Shown here: positions 1-8,100 of the stretch, one piece after another
How the letters are laid out: each line of letters opens with the position of its first letter
Numbering within the stretch: position 1 is the first letter of the stretch
Virus record (IMG/VR): IMGVR_UViG_3300028048_001497
Location: 96,001 to 160,000 of that record
Source: a virus
Taxonomy: Duplodnaviria; Caudoviricetes
Length of the DNA stretch: 64,000 nucleotides
Reading direction: 5' to 3' (one strand)
Notes under the pieces: generated by a model
Databases searched by the model: none
The model's input: only the letters and a program-made list of their open reading frames with translations
Told to the model about the DNA's origin: nothing
Made by a program: the position numbers and the translations under genes

Positions 1-68
1 CTAAAATGGAAACATTTTGGAAATGCTTAAATTTTGAAGGTATTGTAGCTTTGAAATGAGGTAAAATT

Positions 69-1973
69 GTGAAGATAAAATATGCAGATATGTTTTGCGG
101 TATCGGCGGTTTTCGATTAGCATTAAATACTGTTCCTTCTGAATGTGTATTTAGTTCTGATTACGATAAAAATGCACAGATTTGTTACCAAGCATTACAC
201 GGAGAATTACCATATACAAAAGATATTCGTACTTATGATTACCACGATATTCCTGATATAGATTTGTTATGTGGCGGTTTTCCGTGCTTTACAGGAGATA
301 CTTTGGTAACTACAGACGACGGGTTGGTTGCAATAAAAGACATTAAAAATGGTGATAAGGTTCTTACACATGACGGAACATATAAAACAGTTTCCGCAAT
401 ATTAGAGCAAGGCGAAAAGGAAATTTGGGACGTTGATGCTATGGCTACTGCGGGGTTAAGGACTACAGAAAATCATCTTTTTTATGTTAGAAAAAAATAT
501 AGAGAAGGACATAAAAGTGTTCGTAAGTTTACGAATCCGACGTGGGTTGAATGTAAAAATTTAACAAAAGAACATTATATGGGGTTTCCCGTTAATGATA
601 AAAATAATGAACCATGTATTTCGGGATATACTAATATTGATTTGTCCGAAGAAACTATTTGGTATTTGGCAGGTAGATATTTGGGAGACGGTTGGATTAG
701 AGCACGCAAAGACCGTAGCACAGGTGTTGGTGGAGTAATTGTTTGCTGTGGTAAACACAAAGCTGACAAGTTTGAAACTATCATTGGGGAAAAATATCAT
801 TATACTAAAGTTGAAGAAAAAACTGTTAATAAATATATTTTCTCGAACGTTGAAATGGCTAATTTCTTTGCAAAAATGGGTAAAGGTGCAGAAAATAAAT
901 TTATACCACAAGAGTTTATTGATTTGAACCCTAAATATTTATCTAAAATTATTGAGGGGTATCTTGATAGTGACGGTTATTTTACAAAACAAAAAAAATA
1001 TCGTATTACTACAATTAGTCAAAAATTAGCGTATACTTTTTCGCAGGTTGTTGCGAAAGTTTATCGTCGTCCAACGTCTATTTATTTTAGAAACAATGCA
1101 AAAACCCGTGTTATTGAGGGTAGAACCGTTAATTGCCGTCCTTTTTATATTGTAGAATTTAAAAAAGAAACAAGTTCCCAAGACAAGGCTTTTTATGAAA
1201 ATGGATATATTTGGTTTCCAATAAAGAAAGTTGAAAAAGCCAATGTTCGAGAATTTGTTTATGATATTACTGTAGAAGAAAATCATTCTTTTGTTGCTAA
1301 TAATTGTATTGCTCATAATTGTGCCAAATTTTCTATGGCAGGAGATAGAACAGGTTTTGCTTCAAAAGACCCTAGAGCACAGATGTTTTGGGAGCTTGCT
1401 AAAATATTAGAAATTAAAAAACCAACGATGTTTTGGTTTGAAAATGTGAAAGGACTGTTGAGTCACGATGAAGGAAATTCCTTTAGAACAATATTGCGGA
1501 AGTTGGATGAATTGGGGTATGATGTCGAATGGTTTTGTCCAAACGCAAAAGATACAGGCTACCCCATCATCAGAGAAAGGGTATTCATTGTCGGACATTT
1601 TAGAGAAAAACCCACAGAAAAAGTTTTTCCTATCGAAACCAAGAGTTTCACATATGATAGAAACATTAAAGTCTACCAATATAGGAGAAAAAGATTTAGA
1701 ATTACTGAAGGATATGTACCAACTTTAACGGCTTCTATGGGGACAGGTGGCAATAATGTTCCTATGGTAATAACTGATAACCAGTTGAGAAAAATAACGC
1801 CTAGGGAGTGTTTTAGGCTACAAGGAATGAATGATTCTGATATAGATAAATTACTTAATACAGGATTATCAAATTCCGCTTTATATGAACGCGCAGGTAG
1901 AACAATTTTTCAACCAATAGCTAAAAAAATAGCACAAAATATTTATAATGTATTGAATATAAAACATAAATAA
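69..1973 (+). CDS. C5-cytosine DNA methyltransferase-family protein (possible carboxymethyltransferase) with intein
   Basis: Motif I DMFCGIGG, motif IV GFP[intein]CAKFS, motif VI ENVKGL, motif VIII IRERVF, motif IX TPRECFRLQG, motif X LYERAGRT. Spliced length 289 aa. Confidence 0.9.
   Translation: MKIKYADMFCGIGGFRLALNTVPSECVFSSDYDKNAQICYQALHGELPYTKDIRTYDYHDIPDIDLLCGGFPCFTGDTLVTTDDGLVAIKDIKNGDKVLTHDGTYKTVSAILEQGEKEIWDVDAMATAGLRTTENHLFYVRKKYREGHKSVRKFTNPTWVECKNLTKEHYMGFPVNDKNNEPCISGYTNIDLSEETIWYLAGRYLGDGWIRARKDRSTGVGGVIVCCGKHKADKFETIIGEKYHYTKVEEKTVNKYIFSNVEMANFFAKMGKGAENKFIPQEFIDLNPKYLSKIIEGYLDSDGYFTKQKKYRITTISQKLAYTFSQVVAKVYRRPTSIYFRNNAKTRVIEGRTVNCRPFYIVEFKKETSSQDKAFYENGYIWFPIKKVEKANVREFVYDITVEENHSFVANNCIAHNCAKFSMAGDRTGFASKDPRAQMFWELAKILEIKKPTMFWFENVKGLLSHDEGNSFRTILRKLDELGYDVEWFCPNAKDTGYPIIRERVFIVGHFREKPTEKVFPIETKSFTYDRNIKVYQYRRKRFRITEGYVPTLTASMGTGGNNVPMVITDNQLRKITPRECFRLQGMNDSDIDKLLNTGLSNSALYERAGRTIFQPIAKKIAQNIYNVLNIKHK
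285..1319 (+). mobile_element. Intein (345 aa) with LAGLIDADG homing endonuclease
   Basis: Starts CFTGDTLV, block B TTENHLF, LAGLIDADG-like motifs LAGRYLGDG and IEGYLDSDG, ends VYDITVEENHSFVANNCIAHN followed by Cys. Confidence 0.95.
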
Positions 1974-2037
1974 GAATATATTTTGTTATTGTAAAAAGAA
2001 AATTTTGTTAACTTTTTAGAAGGAATGATATATATAT

Positions 2038-2289
2038 ATGGCAACAGTTACAGTTACAAATGAAATGGACTTTGATGATTTAATGAATTTTTGTTGGAGA
2101 GGTGCAGTTGATACGCTTAAAGTTATCGAAGATAATGGTAAGCAGGAAGAATTTATGTCCATGCTTTCAGATTTGTTTAATGAGGGTGCTACTCTTACAG
2201 AAATTAATGAGTATCTTTGGCTCGATGATGATTCCATTTTTGCAGACCTAGGCATTTCAGATGATGAAGATGAGGGCGCAGAAGAATAA
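2038..2289 (+). CDS. Small, very acidic hypothetical protein
   Basis: 83 aa, SD GAAGGA, about 24 D/E versus 3 K/R, followed by a terminator. Confidence 0.8.
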   Translation: MATVTVTNEMDFDDLMNFCWRGAVDTLKVIEDNGKQEEFMSMLSDLFNEGATLTEINEYLWLDDDSIFADLGISDDEDEGAEE

Positions 2290-2298
2290 ATAAAATGA

Positions 2299-2326
2299 AG
2301 GAGTGGATAAAACCACTCCTATTTTT
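2299..2326 (+). terminator. Intrinsic terminator
   Basis: AGGAGTGG-ataaaa-CCACTCCT followed by ATTTTT. Confidence 0.75.
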
Positions 2327-2393
2327 ATATGGAGCGCCGTAAAACCCCGCCCTTTAGGGCTGGTGATATAAGGTGCGAGAACTGAATTAAGTA

Positions 2394-2422
2394 TTGACAA
2401 GTTTCAACATTTGTAGTATAAT
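2394..2422 (+). promoter_or_regulatory. Sigma70/SigA consensus promoter of tnpB
   Basis: TTGACA-17 bp-TATAAT. Confidence 0.85.
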
Positions 2423-2453
2423 ATAAACAAAACAACAAAAAGGAAGTGAGAAA

Positions 2454-3575
2454 ATGGAAAAATATATTAAGGGGTTTAAGTTTAGAATCTATCCTAACAA
2501 GACACAACAACAACTCATTAATAGTATTTTAGGCTGTTGCAGGTTTGTATATAATCATTTTCTCGACATCCGTAAAAATGAATGGAAAGCAAATCATAAC
2601 TCACTGACCTATGCTAAGACAAGTAAACTTCTCACAGACTTAAAAAAGCGAGAGGACACATCATGGCTAAAAGAAGCAGATAGTACTGCATTACAGCAGT
2701 CTTTGCGTGACCTTGACCGTGCCTATGAAAACTTCTTCAAAAAGAGAGCAGGCTATCCGCGTTTTAAGTCAAAGCATAGTAGCAGTCAGTCCTATCGTAC
2801 AATCAATCAAAAAGATGGTATTCGCATCGTAGATAAAAAGATAAAACTTCCTAAGATTGGTTTTGTGAAAATCAAGCAAAGCCGTACTTTTGAAGGTCGT
2901 ATCTTAAACGCTACGATAAGCCATATAGCTTCAGGAAAATACTTTATTTCTCTTTGTGTAGAGATGGATAAAGAAAAACTAATTTCAACTAACGATGGTA
3001 AACAGATTGGTATTGATGTTGGTTTGAAAGAATTCTATACTGATAGTAACGAAAACATCATTGCTAATCCTAGAGTTCTCAAAAAACTATCAAAAAAGTT
3101 AGCTAGAGAACAAAGGAGACTTTCTCATAAAATTCCTAAATCTAGGAATAGAGAAAAAGCTCGTATTCGTGTAGCTAAAGTTTACGAACGTATTACAAAC
3201 ATTCGCAAAGACTTTTTACACAAGTTGTCTACACGACTTGCTCGTGAAAACCAAACGATAGCCGTGGAGCACTTGAATATCAAAGGGATGTTAAAGAACC
3301 ATAGACTAGCAAAGTCTATTTCAGATGTAAGTTGGTCAGAGTTCTTCCGTCAGCTTGAGTACAAAACAGAATTACATGGTGGAGAACTACTCAAAATAGA
3401 TATGTTCTATCCATCAAGTCAAATTTGTTCTAATTGTGGTTATCAAAATGCAGAAATTAAAAATCTTAGCATCAGGGAGTGGGTTTGTCCTAAATGTGGA
3501 GCACACCATGATAGGGATATTAACGCAGCAAAGAATGTTTTGCGTAAAGCACTAGAAGAAAAACAAACAGCTTAA
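2454..3575 (+). CDS. tnpB: TnpB RNA-guided endonuclease
   Basis: N-terminal KFRIYPN...GCCRFVYN, RuvC residues GIDVG / VEHL / DRDINAA all intact, zinc finger CSNC...CPKC. Confidence 0.95.
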   Translation: MEKYIKGFKFRIYPNKTQQQLINSILGCCRFVYNHFLDIRKNEWKANHNSLTYAKTSKLLTDLKKREDTSWLKEADSTALQQSLRDLDRAYENFFKKRAGYPRFKSKHSSSQSYRTINQKDGIRIVDKKIKLPKIGFVKIKQSRTFEGRILNATISHIASGKYFISLCVEMDKEKLISTNDGKQIGIDVGLKEFYTDSNENIIANPRVLKKLSKKLAREQRRLSHKIPKSRNREKARIRVAKVYERITNIRKDFLHKLSTRLARENQTIAVEHLNIKGMLKNHRLAKSISDVSWSEFFRQLEYKTELHGGELLKIDMFYPSSQICSNCGYQNAEIKNLSIREWVCPKCGAHHDRDINAAKNVLRKALEEKQTA

Positions 3576-3721
3576 TGATATATAAATACCGTGGGGCACA
3601 CGGGAATCAACGCTTGGGGAGAGTGTGTAAGACACCAATTCTTTGGAGGCGGTGCAACGCTCAATGAACCAAGAATCCCCTACCTTTAGGCATGGGGAGT
3701 GTCAAATGGGGGTGAGTGTAT
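3540..3721 (+). ncRNA. Predicted TnpB omega-RNA (reRNA); guide begins at 3706 (ATGGGGGTGAGTGTAT)
   Basis: Right-end scaffold (taccgtggggcacacggg...tgtgtaagac...gaatcccc...gtcaa). The 5' boundary is approximate. Confidence 0.7.
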
Positions 3722-4034
3722 GGAAGATAATTTATTGACGTATGATAAATTAAAAGAAGATTATGGTGATATAAAAACAAAAGATGGAGAATTTATTATT
3801 ATAAATGAAGTTCCATATTATGATTCGATATATAAGGGGCATAATAAGCAAGAATATTATAAAGGTGTTGCTATTAAAATTGGTGATAAAATAGATAGTG
3901 ATGGTTTCGTTCCCGCCTATGAATTAAAATGGGATATTATAGATAAAAATCAAAATCCTCCTTGTGATTGGGATAAGCCAAAAGAAATAAATGAAAACGG
4001 ATATTATCAAGTAATTGAACAAATAATAGAATGA
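3720..4034 (+). CDS. Hypothetical protein
   Basis: ATG 3720 after SD GGGGGTGA. The ORF-track start at 3699 lies inside the IS end. Confidence 0.7.
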   Translation: MEDNLLTYDKLKEDYGDIKTKDGEFIIINEVPYYDSIYKGHNKQEYYKGVAIKIGDKIDSDGFVPAYELKWDIIDKNQNPPCDWDKPKEINENGYYQVIEQIIE

Positions 4035-4039
4035 TATAT

Positions 4040-4068
4040 AAGCTATAACAGATTTGTTATAGCTTTTT
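4040..4068 (+). terminator. Intrinsic terminator
   Basis: AAGCTATAACA / TGTTATAGCTT stem followed by a T-tract. Confidence 0.75.
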
Positions 4069-4154
4069 CTATATCTAAAAAGTAATGAAGGTGTTAGTAA
4101 GTTTTATTTTATTATTAGATAAAATTTGTGCGAAAGGTTTAGGTGTTCATAACT

Positions 4155-5132
4155 ATGGATGAAAAAGAGAAAAAAGATGAAGAATTAGAAAAAGAGAATA
4201 TTATATCTGACATTATTTTCAAAGGTTATGGAACAAAAGTAATTAATAAATTTGATAAAGAATGGGAATTTCGCACGTTAAGTTCGGAAGAATATAAAAA
4301 AGTCTGGTCAATTGCAAGTATTGAAGATGATGATGCTACAAATTATATGGTTTTAAAAAAGACAATGTTACAGTCTGCATTATTATCTATCAATCATGTA
4401 GAACCAACAAGTGATATGAAAGATAAAATATTTGAAAAGCTTCCACCAAAAGTTATTGACATATTATATCAAGAATATCAAAAATTGGAACAAATACAAA
4501 TGCAAGCAACCGCAGATGTTAATATAATTAAAAAAATATCTAAAAATCCGTATAGTAAGATTAAATTTAAAGTTATGTCTTACTTTAAAAAATTACCAAC
4601 GGATAAAGAGTTTTATAATTTAAATGACCATCAACTAATGTGGTTATATGAAAATATTTCTAACGAAGAAATAGAAGAAGAAAAAAAGAACAAGATGAAA
4701 ATGGATTATTTGGCCTATTATATTAATCCTGAAATGGCACAAGCAGTTCGTGACAATGAAAAAAATAGAGAAATGTTTACAAGTGAAAACGGAGATAATA
4801 TAACTAGAGTTAAAGAGCACGATGAACAAAATCCATATAATCCAAATGAAGTAATTCATTATGGTGATACGATTGTTGACGATGATTTTGACAAAAAAAT
4901 AAAAATGTTTGTGGATAAAGACGAGAAATTTACTGTATTGGACGATGATACGCATAAGGGTAATGCAACAGAAAGTAAAAACGATTTCTTGTCTCGTGTT
5001 ATTGGTGCGCAGAATATAATTAACGAAGAAAATGATAAAATTATGAAAAACTTAGAAAATGACGCAAAACAAGCAGGAGTAAAACCTGAAGATTTGGATG
5101 TCATAATGGTAAACGATGATGAAGAAAAATAA
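4155..5132 (+). CDS. Putative tail assembly chaperone, long (GT-like) form
   Basis: Directly precedes tape-measure-like genes. The N-terminal ~115 aa are paralogous to 17405..17815. Start ATG 4155 after AGGTG. Confidence 0.6.
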   Translation: MDEKEKKDEELEKENIISDIIFKGYGTKVINKFDKEWEFRTLSSEEYKKVWSIASIEDDDATNYMVLKKTMLQSALLSINHVEPTSDMKDKIFEKLPPKVIDILYQEYQKLEQIQMQATADVNIIKKISKNPYSKIKFKVMSYFKKLPTDKEFYNLNDHQLMWLYENISNEEIEEEKKNKMKMDYLAYYINPEMAQAVRDNEKNREMFTSENGDNITRVKEHDEQNPYNPNEVIHYGDTIVDDDFDKKIKMFVDKDEKFTVLDDDTHKGNATESKNDFLSRVIGAQNIINEENDKIMKNLENDAKQAGVKPEDLDVIMVNDDEEK

Positions 5133-5151
5133 AGAAAGGAGGATAATATAA

Positions 5152-8100
5152 ATGGCAGATAATGGTGTTGAAAATAGTAAAATTTTTGATGTAAGCGGTG
5201 TTAATAAAACGAATGAAACAGGAACATCTATAACCGAAGGTGCTACTCAAACAAAAATTAATATGCAGAGTGATTTTACTAGCATTGGCAACAGTATTAA
5301 TGGATTAAAAGATGCTTTAAAATCGGTTCAAAATGTAAGTAATCTGTATAGTATTGACGGAGCATTACAGACAATACAAAAGTTGTCACAACAAATAAAT
5401 GATTTGTCTAATTCAAACAATGTTACATTAGATGGTTCTAGCGAAATACAACATTTAACAAATATTATTCAACAAATACAACAAGAAGAAGCAAATGTTA
5501 AGAATGATTTGGAAACTGCTATAAATGTAGCAATTGATAATTCTGATACGCAAAGAGCAAATGAATATGAACAGGTTTTATCTAAAGCAGAAGATGCCGT
5601 TAGAGAAGTAACAGGCGCATTAACTCAATCTGTCAATAAAATGAGAGATGCTGGGGAGAAAAGCCAAGAAATTATTATACAACAAGCTGAACAATTAAAA
5701 CAATCAGGACATGTTGTATCAACTGCTATAAATGAAGTGGAACAGGCTACCAGCAAAGCGACAGAAAGCACACAAGGATTAGCAGAGCAGACTAAAAATC
5801 AAGTAGCAGATGTTAATGCTTTAATACAAGATTTGGAAAAATCTACAGGAACGACTAGACAATTAATCGATTCTATTTCTGATTTGTCAAAAACGTTCGT
5901 AGAACAAGGCGAAAATGGAATTGCACAAGGGTTAGAAGAATTAAAAACCCAATTAGAAGATACCCAAGCAAATCCTACTTTAGATAGTGTTTCAACTAGT
6001 GTATCTAATATAACAACGTCTGTAAATAATACATTAGCTAATTTGTCTGATTTACAAGCAACTGAAAATGGTTCTAATACAGAAATGTTGATTGGCAGAC
6101 AAAGACTATTAGAAAAAGTTAGAGATAGTTTTAACGATAAACTAGAACAAACGATAGCATTATTACAATTAAAGAACAACAATCATATTTTTGATAAAAA
6201 TATTGAAAATATGCAAAAAACTCTTAGTGAGTTAAATAGTAAATTATCTACTTCATTAGATAATAATCATAATGAATTTTTAAAAGCTATTGATAATGCT
6301 AAAACAAATTTTTTAAATATTCAAAAAAACGCAATAACTAGCGGAACAACTGAATATAATTCTATTAGTCAACAAATGGCTAAAGATAGCCTAGCTGGTA
6401 TTAAATTTAATGATTTAGCATCAGGTGCTAATGACGCTTTAATTTCACTTGAATATTCACAAGGGAAAAATACGCCTTGGTATCAGTATGTAACAACAGG
6501 AAATTTATTAGGAAATAAAACCACTTTAGCACATAATTTTAAAAATACGCAAAGAGAAGCCGTTGCAGCAGATGGTTCTTATCAATCATTAGTTAATGCA
6601 GTTATGAACGGAACGGTTGATAAAGATAATGATAATGCAAAAAAAGCAGAATTAATCGGTAATTTAGCAGGGGACACTTTATCCATGAGTGGTTCTGTCA
6701 GAAATACTGCACAAGGTATGCATTTGTTAGCTGGCGGTGGGAAAAATTTAACTGCTGAAGATAAAAAAGTCTTTGAAACTTTCCAAAAACAGATTGATAA
6801 TTCATTAGAAAATTTAACTAGAACAATTAATGCTATAGAAGATTTAGACCCTAAAAACAAGACATTAAAACAATTACGTGAAGAACAAAAAGCGTTAATT
6901 GATTTAAAGAATAAGGCAGATAAAGCGAAAGAAAGTTCTTCCGCTCTTTCAAACATATTTTCAGATATAGCAAAAGGTTTAGGAAAATTAAAGAGTTTAC
7001 TTGCAGGTGGATTGTCCTTCTTAGGATTAGGAGCATTATTGTCTCCTATGCAAATGATAAGAGGTGCTATTGGGCAAGAAGAAGCTGAAGGTAAACGTAG
7101 ATACCAAGTAGCAATTAATGACTTCTCTATGGGAGCAAATCTTAATGGTGGTCGTATTGCAGATATAGCTCGTTATAGAGCAAATGAATATTTTAAAATG
7201 ACTAACGGTATGGTTAAAGAAGATGATTATCTTAATCATTATAAAACTTTAACACAAACTGTTGGTGGACATTATAATTCTGACCCAAATTCTAATATGC
7301 AAGATATTGCTCAAATGACAGAGAATACTTTTGCATGGGGCTTAACAAATGGTGTAGATGGCTCTACCATTGGTGCTTTTTATAAAAATACATATAAAGA
7401 TTTAGGTATGTCTGCAAGTGAAGCTACACAGGCTTTGGTCAATGTAGGACAAGCTGCACAAGCAGCAGGAATACCTGTAAAACAATATGTATCAACAGTA
7501 AATCAGCTATCATCTAATTTAATTAATCATGGTGTAAGTGCACGTCAAGTTATGGCTACTATGGCACGTTTGACTGTTGGTAGAGGTATGCGTATAGAAG
7601 ATGCATCAGGATTAATTCAAAGTACTGCCAATGCTAATGAAAATATGGCAAAAGATATGAATAATAGTGCTTTTTATGGCATGATGGCAGGCCAAGGTGG
7701 TAATCCTTTTGAATTAATTTTACAAGGATTTAAGCCATATAACAAAGATGGTAGACCAAATGAGGATTATTATTCCATGATGGCTGACCGTGTATTTGCA
7801 CAGGCAGATTTAATGGGAGGTATTGGCGGTAATGGTGCTCTAGGTGGAGTTATGTATATTCAAAACCTTATGAGTCAAGGATATTCAAGAGCACAGGCTT
7901 CACAACTAGAAGATGCAAGAGCACATGGAGATAAAGGATTATTTAGAGATTTAATTAAAAAATTCGATGAAGAAAAAGACGGCGGAAAGACTGCTTATAC
8001 AGAAGCAATAGGAAAAGCAAAAGAACAATTAAAAGCTGCTGGTGACCAAGTTTCTATATTCCAAAAATTAGAAACAGATTTAGTAGAAGCCCAAAAGAAA

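Larger units (their letters stand above)
2329..3705 (+). mobile_element. IS200/IS605-family (IS1341-type, tnpB-only) element
   Basis: Preceded by TTTAT (2324-2328). Left-end hairpin ccgccctttagggctgg, right-end hairpin tcccctacctttaggcatgggga, end GTCAA. No tnpA. Confidence 0.88.

Noticed and set aside
2454-3575. TnpB as a nuclease-dead repressor (TldR-like)
   Set aside because: The RuvC D-E-D triad and zinc finger are intact and IS ends flank the gene.
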